DNA of 64,000 bases from the human T2T-CHM13v2.0 reference genome, Homo sapiens, in NCBI RefSeq assembly GCF_009914755.1, contig NC_060936.1, one strand, 5' to 3'. This document shows, one piece after another, positions 13,585 through 26,759 of the stretch (its first letter is position 1; each line of letters begins with the position of its first letter). The translations under genes were made by a program, and so were the position numbers. The notes beneath the pieces are model-generated. The model was not told the origin of the DNA. It was given only the letters and a program-made list of their open reading frames with translations, and searched no databases.

Positions 13585-13700
13585 TTCTTGTTCCCATTTG
13601 ATGGATGAGGAAACTGAGGCTGGGAGACTCACTTGCCAAAGCTCACACAGCCAGGAAGTGGCAGAGCCGGGATTTGAATTCTGTTGGCTACACAGCTCAC
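13585..13700 (-). mobile_element. MIR SINE
   Basis: gatgaggaaactgaggct...cacacagccaggaagtggcagagccgggatttgaa. Confidence 0.85.
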
Positions 13701-13899
13701 AGAGCCTCCTTGCTGGTCCTCCCAGCAGCTGCTCCAAGGAGCCAGTGGGAGCTTCTGTGCTCTTCTGGGGTCTCTCAGTAGCTCAGAGCATAGATACAAC
13801 TCACCCTTCTCTCCATCACTCAGCAGACGGGCTAGCCTCCTCCCAGGTTCCAGTCTGTTTCCAGCCCTGCTCGAGAGTCTTATATTTTCCCCTCCCAAG

Positions 13900-15130
13900 T
13901 CCTCCTTTCTAATCAGGTCAGCCGTTGACTACGGGCCCCAAAATAATGCCAAGTGCAGCCTTTGCTGCATTGGATTTCTTGCTTGCTTAGCAGAATGGAA
14001 ACTTTGGCATGGGTATATGTGTGTCCTTAAAAAAAAATCCTTTATTTACTCTGCTCCTGTTTTTATAAGATATGACTCTTAACGAGGCTTTAATTCAAGG
14101 TCAAAGAGTCGAGAAGTTGGTGAGAAAACCCGTCGCCCCTCGGGGCCCTGCTGGACACATAAACGGCCAAAGGATGGCTCTTTTCATCTCCTCTTTTAAA
14201 CAGTCCCATTGCAACAGAGCTATTCCTTGCACGAGGAGGTAAAATATTTGAACTGATTGTATTGCCTGTTCCTAACTGTTTGCAGAATACATCTCTGCCC
14301 CCCTTGACTATTTATTTTTTCCTTTGCTGTAGTTCAAGGGAAATAATTTATTAACTTGGGAATTCCAAATAGTGCTCCCAAACCCCGCAGCGCCCCCGAG
14401 GCCCAAGCTGGCCTCTGCCTGCCCTGCTTGGGGAGTTGAAAGAGGCCTTTCCTTGAAACGCGCAGCCGTGTGGCAGGGCCCGGGAAGACGTGGGTAATGT
14501 ATTCACAGACATGACTCCCAGACCCCGAGTGTCTTGAACCCTAGCCTCTGGGGACTGGCGCGGCCATGCCATCGACCTGAACCCCCTGGACTTCTGCCCC
14601 CCTGGACTGATGGCCTAAATCCATCAGGCTCACCAGCCCCGGTCTTGGACCACTGAATAATTTACGGTCCCTCGGAGCGGCGAGGAGCAGGTCACTGGAG
14701 TTCATGGGTTAATAACAGGTTTGGTTTTCGATGTCAGCAGCTCTCTTGATAACGTATGAAAGAATCCTATTCTGTTGATTAGATTTTGAAATGGATCAAT
14801 TTTTAATCAGCCAAACACCTGACTCACTCAATAAGCGTTGCATTGTGGAGACAGGATGGAGGCCAGCTTTATTTACAAGAGTGTTTGTTTTTTGGGGGCC
14901 ATACGCAAATTCCCACCCAGATCCCTCCTCCTGGAAGAAATTGACCAGATTATCTCCCACCTCAAATGGCAGCATTTGATTCATCTTCTGATTAGTTGGG
15001 AAATCCATGGGTCTGTTTAAGAGATAAGAACAGCAGCTAAAGGTTTGATTTAGTCTTCTGTGGTTATTGATGGGAAAAGCATTTATTTGTCAATGAAGAA
15101 ATTTTTGCTTAATGTAACAGCAAGAAAGAA
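13900..15130. promoter_or_regulatory. candidate large enhancer / CNE cluster
   Basis: 1.2 kb with no recognisable repeat and a CpG-rich core. TCAAGGTCA 14095-14103, ATCCATCA 14619-14626, TGACTCA 14820-14826, many TAAT/TGAT. Confidence 0.45.
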
Positions 15131-15319
15131 GAGAGGAAACAAAGGGAGTCCAGGTGGTACCCAGGGGTGGCAAAGGCATCTCAGCTCTGGGGGTACCTGG
15201 GGTTTCTGTCCCTGTCCTTGGAGATTTTCAAAACAATGATATAGAAATCAGCAAATGAGTACATTGAATTTGTAGGTGGCTAATTGTGGAGCAGTGGGGT
15301 GTTGCTTCTGGTCATTGTG

Positions 15320-15500
15320 TTTATTCATTCAACAACCAGTTGAGCCCACACTGTGCCCGGCACCAGACTAGGCATCGGGGATGAGCCGACATTGAGAGAG
15401 ACAAGGCTTCTGCCCTTGTAGAGTTTCCATTCTGGTGGGAGGAGCCAGGCAGGAAAGAAAGGACAAAGTGTTCAATCACTAAGGCATGCTGAGCATTGGG
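15320..15500 (-). mobile_element. L2 3' end
   Basis: ttcattcaacaaccagttgagcccacactgtgcccggcacc...tgcccttgtagagtttccattctggtggg. Confidence 0.75.
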
Positions 15501-15520
15501 AGGAAGCAGAGAGGAAGTTA

Positions 15521-15857
<337 letters not shown>

Positions 15858-17129
15858 GTCAGCGAAGGAGTTTGGGTTTTCTATACAGTGCAATGGGGAT
15901 CCACGGACAGGTTTTGAACAGGGGGGTGGCTTGTTTGAGTTTGGTGATGGAAAAGGTCACTCAGAGGCAGGTGGGCTGGGAGACCCCTGAGGGGTCTACT
16001 GTAGCCATCTGGTGAGTGATGATGGTGGCTTAACTGGGGGAAGCGGATGGGTTCGATCATTCTGGTCAGGGGCCAGGTGGCTGAGGAAAAGGAGTCGTGC
16101 GTGGGAACACCTGGGGTCCCAGCCTAGCCTAATGAGGCCTATAGCCCCAAGCCTATCCTGGCCTGGTCCCATGGGGGCTGAGGAACTACTTGCAGCAGAA
16201 CATTAGCTGTCTATGGACTGGGAAGAGCTGGGACCTGGTGGCCCAGAGCTTGCAAACTTGGGCTCTAAGATCAGATAGATGTGGGAGCTTCCCATCTCAC
16301 TGCCTTTTACAAACTGGTGGCCTCAGACAAATTGTCATTCACACGTACAAGCAGGTTAGAATAATTTTTGGTCTAAGACTTTCCTTCTGGAAAGAAGAAA
16401 CTACCAAAAGTGGTTGCCCCTGGAAAGGGATTCTTGGGGTGGGTGGGGGATTTACTTTCTCCTCTGGTAGCCTCTGAGTTTATGCTATAGGTGAGTATTA
16501 TCTAGTCAAAATTGTCCACATCATCTGCGACACACAGCAGCATGGACCTGTGGTGGCCTTCTGAACGAGGACTGGTTTTGCTGCCCCATTTTACAGATGA
16601 GGCTCAGGCAGGGGCAGTCGCTTGCCTGCAGTCACACAGCCCTACCTGGTCGCTCAAGCCCCTTCCCAGGCCCTGACCCCTCCCTGGCTTCCCTTCCCTG
16701 CTGTGTTTTCGGCTTGTCTTCCTCGTTGCTGTTGGTTAAGTTTGTAGACTTAGTGAGACCTAGAAGAGCAAGATTTTTCCTGGCACGAGTAGTGATTTCT
16801 CATTCCCCCATGCTCTGCTCTAAGAATCATTGATTGGGCAGCTTTATTTATTAGCTTAATCTTTGCACATCCCTCAGCGGCACTGTTCTCCCACCTGCTT
16901 TGTCCAGGGCAGAACAGCCTGTGCGTACACCTGTGTGCATGTGTGTCCAGGTCAGTTTGTGTGGGTGTCCACATGGGATGTTCCAAGTGTGGGTTTGGGA
17001 CTGGGTGGGAGGACGCCTCACTTCACAGCTCTCCCTGGTGACAAGCAGGTGCCCACAATCATCTTAATCCAGGCGCAGCACACAGGAATTGCTCACCAAG
17101 AGATGGCAGTGGAAAAATACCCTCTGGTC

Positions 17130-17260
17130 TAATGTCAGAAGTCCTGGGTTCTAGTCCTGTCATGCCCACTTGCTTGCTGTGTGACCTTGATCAAGTCACT
17201 TCTGTTCTCTGGGCCTCAATTTCTCATCTGTAAAACGGGGATGATGATAATATCTGGCCT
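17130..17260 (+). mobile_element. MIR SINE
   Basis: ctgtgtgaccttgatcaagtcacttctg...ttctcatctgtaaaacgggg. Confidence 0.85.
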
Positions 17261-17269
17261 TCTTGTTTC

Positions 17270-17985
17270 TTGAACGGACTGAGCACTTTCTCACCTCAGG
17301 GCCTTTGCACTGGCTGTTCCCTCTGCCCACGGCAGCCTGCCCTGCTCCTTTGCTCTGTCTGGTGGTCTTTCAGAAGTTACCTTCACAGGCTTCTCCAGCC
17401 ACCCTGACTAAAATCCCGTAACACACACACACACCTACACACGCAGCCCTCACTTCCCTCCCCTGCTGTATTTTCTTTCTTCCTTAGCACTTAACATGAT
17501 TGAACATTTATATTTCACCCATTTACCTTGTTTGCTGATTTCTCCCATTAAAATGTCAGCTCTAGGGCCAGGAGTGGTGGCTCACGCCTGTAATCTCAGC
17601 ACTTTGGGAAGCCGAGATGGGAGGATTGCTTGAGGCAAGGAGTTTGAGACCAGCCTGGGCAATGCAGCAAGACCCCATCTCTCTGTCTCTCTAAAAAAAA
17701 AAAAAATAGCCAGGCATGGTGCTATGCACTCATAGTCCTAGCTACTCAAGAGACTGAGGCAGGAGGATCACTTGAGTGCAGGAGTCTGGGGCTGCAGTGA
17801 TCGTACCACTGCACTCCAACCTGGGTGACAGAGTGAGACCCTGGCACTCAAAAAATAAAATGTCAGCTCTAGAAGGGCAAGGATTTTTGTGTGTTTTGCT
17901 TACTACTGTCTTCCTAGCACCTAAAATGGCACTTGGCACAGAGTAGGTGCTCAGTAAGTATCTGTTGAAGGAATGAGTGAAATAA
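17270..17985 (+). mobile_element. L2a 3' end interrupted by Alu
   Basis: cctcagggcctttgcactggctgttccctctgcc...ggcacagagtaggtgctcagtaagtatctgttgaaggaatga. Confidence 0.85.
17566..17855 (+). mobile_element. Alu (AluJ)
   Basis: 17-bp TSD TAAAATGTCAGCTCTAG at 17549-17565 and 17856-17872. Confidence 0.97.
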
Positions 17986-18693
17986 GTCAATATAATATAG
18001 GCACTTCCTGGTATATAATAAGCACTCAACAAATATAAGTTATTGTTATTATTACTGATATTACTGCTATTAAGCTTTCTTGAGCCTCAGTTTCCTCATC
18101 TATAAAGTGGAGACGCTGCTGATAATAGCTATGATAGAGTTATTGTGAAGTCAGTGCTGTAACTGTCGGCTCCTAAAATTATTCAATACATAGGAGCTCT
18201 TATAGCTGTCGGTACAATGAATAATAAGGGCCAGTAGTGGGAGTGTTTCTGGAGAGTGGAGTTTGTGTCCAGGACCCAGGCCTCAGCCCTCACCATGCTG
18301 TCACCGTTTCCGATTGACTGCTGCAGTGGTGGGAGGATTGATCTTTTTGTTTGCCCCCTACTGTTGTCCACCCAGAGTGTCCAGCTGAGGTTTACAAACA
18401 CCCCTCTGGGAGTCCAGCTTTCTCGAGCGGTGTCTCAAATTCTTCTAGATAAAGTTCATTTTATTTTGTTTTTATTGTCTTTTTAAGTATGGGAAGTTTC
18501 TGTTTGGGAGGGGAAGACCAGTGGATATTTATTGTCCTAGGGAAACATCCCTAGCACATTGCTCTATGGATGAAAGCCACTGCCAAGCAGCACATGTGGT
18601 GTAGTTTCTGTAAATTAAGAAAGCAGAGCCTCCTCTGACCAGGGGAATGAGATCTAGTCTCACCCCTAGAGTCAGGGAAGAACCTCACCCAGG

Positions 18694-19200
18694 ACTCTTA
18701 ATTGCAAACAACAGAAACCGACTCAGCCCCCACCAAGACTCATGTAAGGAGGGGCTTCTCCACCTATAGGAAGGAGATTCTGATTCTGACTGGCCATAAA
18801 GCATGACAGATGTTGGTGACAATTGGGAGAAGTTAGGATGAGGTGAGGAGGGGACCCCAAAGAGAATAAGGAGTGATTTCTGGATGCAGCGGGAATTGGT
18901 GCTGTGGTGGTGACCAGCCACTGTCCACTGTGTAGCCTGAGATAGGGCAGAAGATAAGCAGGTGCTGTTCTGTTCCCCTTGGACTTTTTAGTGTCTTCCA
19001 CGAGCTTCCGCCTGCTGGTGACTGCATCTCTGTTTTTTTTCCAAAACTGTAAGACCACTTTGCCTGAGAGAGGGCAGGCCAGAAGTATTGAGGCCGTAAC
19101 CCCCCAGGTGCAGCCCTCCAGCCTCAGGAGTTGGCATATAAATGCCCCGGCTCCCTCACCCTGAGAGGAATGACACAGATGCCTGTTTTGCTCTTCCTTG
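18694..19200. mobile_element. old LTR fragments (MLT1-like, then LTR16-like)
   Basis: ttgcaaacaacagaaaccgactca...; gaggccgtaacccccagg...ggagttggcatataatgccccggctccctcaccc. Confidence 0.5.
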
Positions 19201-20154
19201 GGGTGGTGGAGATTATAGGCAATTTTCGTGTTTGGCTTTCTTAAGGAGGATTTTAGGTTTTCAGCATAGAGAATGTATCATTTTGCCGTTTTAAATCAAC
19301 CTTCTACAAAAGGACAGGAATGTCCCTGGGAAGGTTGGGGATGTCTGTGTGGGGACAGCAGGTGTTTTGAGGCATCTCTGTGTTGTATCTGCTCATGTTG
19401 TGGACAGAGCAATTCAGGCTTCTTCATCCAGCAGAGATGAGCGGGAGAGAGAGAGAAGGGAGAAAGTGGAAAATCACAATATATTGGAAGGAATATGATA
19501 TTTGTAAAGGAATTAGAGTCAGTCCAAATAAAAGGCTGGTGGCCTGAATTGGTTTGATTCCAGGAGTTTTCTGAATTTGCCACTTTAGTGGGAAGAGGGA
19601 TTTGAATTAATTTCACACCTCTTGAATGCCTACGGTGTGCCAAGGACCGTGCTGGGCAAGTGTCCGAAAATGTCTGAGAAAATCAAAAAACAGCAGGGAC
19701 CCAGGTCGGACTGGAGTGGCAGGTCGCCCCTGGGATGTTAAAGCCCAGGGTGTAGGGACAGAGGAAAGAGAGTGGTTAGACCAGCCAGGGAGCTGGGAGA
19801 GAGGACACAGCTTTGAAACCAGACAGAAACTTCCCCTCCCAAACAGAAGCTTCCCATGAAACTTCCCTGAAACGTGGAAGACTCGCCGGGAGGTGGAGGA
19901 GGCAGGTGCCCCAGAGCAGAGCATGAGCAAAAGCTCAGAGGGGAAGGCATGGCCACACCCTGGGGGCCCTGAGCAGACTGGTTTGGCTTGTCTGGGAAGG
20001 GTGGGCAATGTGGAAGTTAGGCTGGGAGATTGCAGGACCATGGGTGTCGTGAAGAGGGGTTGCTGGGTAGCTTGGTGGGCCATGGGGAGCCATGGAGGAC
20101 ATTTGAGCAGGAGGAGGAGGTGTTCTGAGCTGTGCTGGAAAGAGTCTTCTATCA

Positions 20155-20355
20155 CAGTTTCTCGACTCCACACTGTTGACATTTGTGGCCGTTTCATGGT
20201 AGGGGCTGCCCTGTGCCTTTTAGGGTGCTTAGCAGCCTTACTGGCCACTCCCTTCTAAGTGGCAGTTGCCTCCCCTGCTAAGTTGTACCAACCAAAAATG
20301 TCTCCAGATACTGCTGACTGTCCATTGGGGGTCACGAGCGACCTCAGCCAAGAAC
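20155..20355. mobile_element. MER20
   Basis: cagtttctcgactccacactgttgacatttgtggcc...accaaaaatgtctccagatactgc...aagaaccac. Confidence 0.85.
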
Positions 20356-21589
20356 CACGGTACCACCTTAGGAGAGAGATGAGCAGGGTGACCAGCCAGA
20401 GAGCAGCCACCAAGCAGGTGACCATTGAGGTCACCCAGAACTGGGGCAGGGCAGGGGAAAGAGGGCATGGGTGTGAGAGGCCTTCCAGAGAAAGGATTAA
20501 AAGGCCAGGGATCAGCAGGCCAAGGAGACCACGAAGGAGACAGATGTTGGAGCCTGGGGCCGGGGTCCAAGGTCTAGGGCCTGATGGGTCTATGGGACCA
20601 AGGACAGATGGGAAGGGAAGAGGAGTCCTTTGGGGTGAGTGGAGCTTGAGGACCCCAGAGTCAATGCATCTTGGGGTGCCATCCAGGGCTTAACATAAAG
20701 TGGGTCTGTGGTAATGGGGTGGGTGTTGCTGAGTGAATGAATGAGCCAGATATAAGTCACTTAGGCAAAAGAGGACTGAGGTTTAGGAGGGAGTTAAGAG
20801 GCTGCTTCCTGTGCAGTTTAGTGAGAACCTGCTGTGTCTCGGATTCCATGGAGAATACAGCCCAGTGGAGGGGACGCCCACCGAGCAAACTCACAGGTAA
20901 TAGAAGATGACAGCTGGCACTGAGAGCTCCAAGAGGGAAGCACGGGAGTTTGTAGTCGTGAACCTTGGGGCTGGCAGGGAGATTGGGAGAAAAGGCCAGG
21001 CAACCAGTCAGGGGCTGCCATCCACAGGGCAGCCCGCCTTTGGCCCAGAGAACGTGCTTGTTCAAGGTTACTTTGATGGGGGAAGAACAACAAGCCAGCC
21101 CTTGGCACAAAGGGCAGTGAGAGTAGAGAGCAGGGCCATCTCCTCGAGTACCAGGGTGGGAGTAGTCAGGGAGGGCTTCCCTGAGGAGGTGAATGCTGGA
21201 GCTGAGGACGGAAGGATGAGTAGAAGTGTACATGGGGAAGTGTGAGGGAACAGCATATGCAGAGGCATCACGCTGTGCTTGTCAGAGACCAGAGGCAGAT
21301 AGAGCCCTGACTTGTCTTACTCCTTACAAATAAATATGATTTTCCTCCTGGTCTACAGCGGTGAAGACTGAATCAGCAGGAGTGGAGTGGTTAGTGGTGC
21401 CTGGGCTGGTGGGCATTCTCTGAGCCCTGAGACATAAAGGATTTCAGCCCCCGCCCTTTCCTCCCATTCCTGCCCAAGTACCATCTGTTTCTAGGGGAGC
21501 AGGTGGAGGGACCCCAGATGTCCCCTGTCCCCTGCTTTAGCAGTTGACAACCTGTGAATATTTAGAAAGTGTGATTTTCAGTTCCTCAG

Positions 21590-21960
21590 TGCACCGCTGG
21601 AGAAAGCAAACTTTAACTTTTTCCTCTTTTTTTCTTCTTTGTTTTTTCAAGGCCAATTTAAACAGAATCTTTTTTTTTTTTTTCCCTAGAACAAGCCACT
21701 GGCTATTACGGAAATAGTAAACAGGAGTCAGGGCTGGGGCATAAGTGGCCTGTTTTAATTAGAACATTAAAGTATTTTAACGCTTACACTTTATATTTCT
21801 GCGAACTTGATTATATAGCATTTTAAATACCTGTGAACGTTTTAAGGACTCACAGCGATGAATTATTTGCAGGTTCACAGGAAACTTCTATTTTAAAAGC
21901 AAAATGGTATGAGAGTGGCTGTGAAAGCTTTGCGGCAGCGACGGCGCTGTATAATGAGGG
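21590..21960. promoter_or_regulatory. candidate conserved non-coding element
   Basis: AT-rich repeat-free block with retained CpGs; GTAAACA 21717-21723, TTAATTAG. Confidence 0.4.
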
Positions 21961-22134
21961 GCCACGTGGCGGGCGGGCTGGTAGACAGCCCGCTGTACCT
22001 GCTCTCACTCGGGCTCCGGGGTGCCCACCTTCTGGAGAGGCTGCTGCGGGGTGCAGGGGATTGGAGGGACCTCACCCCCTCTTCTCCCATTCTTCCTCTT
22101 CTCACCACAGTGAAGCCACATGGACCTTCTCATC

Positions 22135-22340
22135 ATTCTTTTATTCTCTTGGTATTCATTGAGCATCTACTATGTGCCAGGCATTGTTCCACACACTGTG
22201 ACAGAGCAGGCAACACTCCCTGCCTCCGTGGAGCTGACCTTCTAGTCTGGGGAGACAGGTGGCAAAGAAAAAAAAATAAATGAACATCATGATGATAAAA
22301 ATGGTGAAGGAAAGGAAAGTAGGATAGAGGATGGGGATGG
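22135..22340 (-). mobile_element. L2 3' end
   Basis: attcattgagcatctactatgtgccaggca...ccctgcctccgtggagctgaccttctagtctggggagacag. Confidence 0.85.
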
Positions 22341-22344
22341 AGGT

Positions 22345-22548
22345 GCTGTGGTGTGCTGGAGTTGGCTCATACCAGCTCCTGAGAGCTGACTGTGTGTGTC
22401 TCTTCCCAGCCTTTCATTCAGTGACATTCCATGGGCAGCTTAACATCAGCCAAGGTGGAAGAATTTACCCCATGGAAATTGGCAGATGCCACAAATCAGG
22501 GCTTACTCCTTAGAGAGCCCATTGTTAACCATTTACCAGCATGCATCT
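22345..22548. mobile_element. MER63A-like (hAT-Blackjack)
   Basis: gtggtgtgctggagttggctcataccagctc...ggaaattggcagatgccacaaatcaggg...gttaaccatttaccagca. Confidence 0.75.
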
Positions 22549-23804
22549 GAGCAGGTCATGCGGAGATCTGGGGGAGGGTTGGGAAGGGTGTTCCAGGCAT
22601 TCCCTGATGTGGGAATGTGTTCAGAAGGGTTGAGGAACATCCTGGAAGCCAGTGGGGATGGGATGAGTGAATGAAGGGGAGAATGGAAGGAGATAAGGCC
22701 AAAGGAATTCTGTAAATACTTTTGGTCTCTGAAATCCTCTAATCAGTTTACTTGTGCCTCCAGAACTTTGTGCATGCTGTACCTCTGCCCAGAATGCTCT
22801 TCCCCTGGCTGATTCCTTTGGTTCCTGTCTCCCCTAGAGAAGTGTTCCGGGACCATTTTTGCCACAGCACATCTTTCGCCTTTATTCTTATATCAGCACT
22901 ACTTGGTTCCCTTCCCAGCATTTGTTTCCAGTTGTAATTGGGTATTGGGTTGTTTCTTTGAGTTTGGAATCTGTCTCCCTCATTGGACTGTAAGTTCAGA
23001 AAGATCTCGTCCCCTGCCATCTCCCCACCTTCCAGCAAGGGCTTACACAGGGCAGATGCTTGAAGCATTATTGTCACATCAGTGAATGCTGGTGGAGAGA
23101 CTTTTCTGCACTTATTATTGGTTTGGGAAATGCCCTGAATGGTGTGAGATCAGGGATCAGGAGCAGATGTAGCTGATGGAGAAGCTAGAGGCTCCTACCT
23201 TGTGCCAGGCCTGATCCAGGAGCATAATTCCTAGGTCCCTTCTAGTTAACTTTGAAGCAACACAGTGGCAGATTGAGGCCACTCTGATGATGGTCATAGT
23301 AATTACCCCCACCAGCTACCAACCTGTCAGTGAGAAAGAGCATTCTCTCTGCTCCTGCTAAAGACATTGGCCACTTCAGTGGTTAAATATTTCTATTATA
23401 TCATGGTAGTATCACAGAGCAATGGATGTGAGTTCAGAACTTAAGATGAAGATTGTGTCACTGATGGAGAAAGTACTTAGTTCACAGGCAACTGGAACTG
23501 TGTAGCCTGGGGTGCATCAAAGAAGGAAACATTTTCATCAAAAGAATCAGGTTTGGCTGACCTGATTATTTCTTTTTCTAATGATGAGAGCTTAGAACAT
23601 AATGATTGAGGTGATCAGCATTTAGGCCTTTCATAGTTAATGAGGAACTGTCCAATTTATCTTAGAAACAATTGCTATCCAGGGCCTTTAGTGAAGTGTG
23701 CAGTGCCTGGGAGAGAAAGACACTTAACATCACAGAGCTGGGTGCAGACAGGGAGAGGAAGAAGGCTCCTCTTTTAGGACATCAAATTGACTCTGTCTCC
23801 GAGG

Positions 23805-24150
23805 GTTTAAATCCTGGCTCTGCCCTTCCCAGCCATATGCCCTTTGGCCACTTGTTTAGCATCTTGGAACCTCAGTTTCCTCTTCTTTAAAATGGGGCTG
23901 ATGGAGCAGTTATCTCAGGGAATGGTTTTTGGTTTATGAGGATTAAAAGTGATGAGGCACAGCTGGGTGCAGTGGTGCATTCCTGTAGTCCCAGCTACTT
24001 GGGAGGCTGAGGCAAGAGGATCACTCGAGCCTAGGAGTTTGAGGCTACCCTGTGCAACATAGCGAGACCCCATCACTAAAAAAAGTGATGATATGTGTAA
24101 AAATCTGAGAATGGTGCCAAACATGGCACTCAAGAAATGTTACCCATTGC
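23805..24150 (+). mobile_element. MIR interrupted by a FLAM monomer (23961-24084)
   Basis: MIR core cctcagtttcctcttctttaaaatgggg; monomeric Alu with AAAAGTGATGA direct repeats. Confidence 0.85.
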
Positions 24151-24253
24151 TATTCGAGCTGTCAAGTGACATACTTTTTATAGCCTATGAAATAGGAATG
24201 GACATAGTAAGTTATTCTACCGTAACAAGGGACTTACTAAAGAAAATGCTGTG

Positions 24254-24590
<337 letters not shown>

Positions 24591-24979
24591 CTATGAAGAA
24601 GAAGTCACCAGAGTTTTCTAGCCTGCCAGCTGGTGGCTTCATCTTGATGCAATGCATGTTTTACTAGCAGGTAATACTATTCCTTGAGAAAACACACGCA
24701 AGTGCTTTGCACTTAACCTGGCTCACTGGAGCAGCTACTAATTTGATCATTAATCAGAGAATGCTTTTCATTTCTGTGTGTGGCTGTAGAGTCGACTTAG
24801 CCATAAGTTGTTTGTTCAGTCATTTTGTTTTGTATCATCCAAGAGGACAGAGGCTTTGTCTGCCTTTGTGTGCTGTCTCCTCAGTGCCTAGAACAGCCCC
24901 TGCACATAGTAGATGTGTGATGGATATCTGTTGAATGAATGAAATTATATGCCTGTATGGGTTTAAAAATGAAGGACTA

Positions 24980-25636
24980 TATCCTAGGGAACTGAAAACT
25001 GAAGTTTACCCCAAAACCTGCACACAAATGTTCTCAGAAGCTTTATTCATGAGTAGCCAAAAAGTGGGAACACCCCAGATGTCCTTCACCAGGCCAGTGG
25101 TTCAACTGTGGCACCCCCACACCGAGGAGCACTACTCAGTAATGAAAAGGAACGAACTATTGATAAGCTAATGATGTGGATACAGCTTGAAGGAATCGTG
25201 CTGAGGGAAAAAAGACTATTTCAAAAGGGATTACTTACTGAAGGATTCCACTTACTTAGCATTCCCGAAAAGACAAGGTTGGGGAACAGGGAATGGAGTG
25301 GGAATGGGGTCAGGGAGGAAAATATGTGTGCTTATCAAAGGGCAGCACGAAGGCCTGGGGGTGATGAAATGCTCTGTACCTTGACTGTGTCAATGTCAGT
25401 ATCCTGGTCCTGCTGTCAGTGTTGTAAAATGTGACCCTTGGGGGAAATTGGGTGAAGGGGGCAAGAGATCTCCCTGTGTTCTTTTCCAAACTTCTGACCT
25501 CAAGAAATCCTCCCTTCTCAGCCTCCCGAAGCACTAGGATTGCAGGCATGGGAGCTACCACGCCCAGCCTCTCTGTATTCTTTCTGCATGTGAATCAGCA
25601 ATTATCTCAAAATAAAAAGTTCAATTAAAAAAAAAA
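24980..25636 (+). mobile_element. L1M 3' end (L1MC/MD-type)
   Basis: aaaacctgcacacaaatgttc...gctttattcat...aaaaggaacgaactattgata...ttatctcaaaataaaaagtt plus A tail. Confidence 0.85.
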
Positions 25637-25673
25637 GTAAAGGACTGAAACCACTGCATTAATTATTCAAAAT

Positions 25674-25771
25674 GCAGCGGGCTGAATCCCTACGATGTGA
25701 CGCATTAACTGGAGTCTTCATAGCAGCGGACTGAATCCCTACGATGTGACGCTTTAACTCTAGTCTTCATA
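25674..25771. repeat. 49-bp tandem duplication (2 copies, 4 mismatches)
   Basis: gcagcgggctgaatccctacgatgtgacgcattaactggagtcttcata followed by gcagcggactgaatccctacgatgtgacgctttaactctagtcttcata. Confidence 0.95.
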
Positions 25772-26389
25772 GGAGCCCTGTGGAGTAGATGGAGATGATG
25801 TCACCATTTTTCAGAGAAGGAAAAGGCTCAGAGAGCTTAAGGGACTTGTCTGAAGACAGACAGCTGGCAAATGGTAGAGACAGGACGCAGACCTGGGAGT
25901 GTCAGGCCCTGAGCCCTTAGTTCTTTCCTCTAGACGTGCAACTCTGAGCGCCTCAGGTTTGGACAATGAGCTGAGCTATGAAGCTCACCTGTCGTGCATG
26001 GACATGAGATGTCCGACCGGGCAGCTGGGTGCCATGGTACCCCCGTCTGACGAGGCTGACAGCTCTGCAGTGGGGAGAGGCGGTGGAGAGTCATCTTGGG
26101 TTTCCCACCTGCCTGCTCCTGAGTGAGCTGCTGACCCCTCAGGAGTTACGACCCCCTCCCCACTCCACTAGGTTTGCCTTATCCAGGGGCGGTGGTGTGC
26201 AGTGTTGGGTGGTATTATGACATTTTACAGGTGAGGAGACTGAGGCACGGGGCGAAGGGACCTGCAGGATATTCCAAGTGGAGATGCAGTTCTCCCTAGC
26301 TCCAGCATCCTGTGGTAATGATCACGGTCAGTTTGCTTTGTCCTGTGCAGTTCCTGTTCTCAGAGCATCTTCTGCCCTGTGACAGTGAT

Positions 26390-26540
26390 CAAGGGCACAG
26401 GCCCTGGAGGCCAAGTCCAGCAGCGCTGGGATTGAGTCTTGGCTCTGTAGATCACCAAACTGTGGCCTTAAGCAACTGATTTCTCTTCAAGCCTCAGTTT
26501 CCCCATCTGAGAAATGGGGGGAGTAATGGGGATTAAATAG
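26390..26540 (+). mobile_element. MIR SINE
   Basis: gcctcagtttccccatctgagaaatggggg. Confidence 0.75.
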
Positions 26541-26759
26541 AAAATATGTTTGATAACACACTGTAGGGGACAAAAAATGCTAGCAGCATCTGAAGCCTGT
26601 AATTTGGAACCCTGGTCTGTCTGCTCTGAGGCCCAGGGCTCTGAGCTGAGAGGAGCAAAGCCTCCACCTGAATTATCCACCCTGATGTTACCCCTCCAGG
26701 CCCTACAGTGCTCTCCTGGACCCAAGTTCTGCTAGGCTGTTGGTTTTCTGAGCAGGGCA

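Noticed and set aside
19613-20248. Longest ORF (211 aa, minus strand)
   Set aside because: Overlaps MER20 and L2-like sequence; no recognisable domain or exon context
23250-23720. Possible CR1/L3 relic (similar weak signal at about 53350-53780)
   Set aside because: Only faint resemblance by eye; needs a Dfam HMM search
25674-25771. Possible CRISPR-like repeat
   Set aside because: Two adjacent copies with no spacer, in a primate genome
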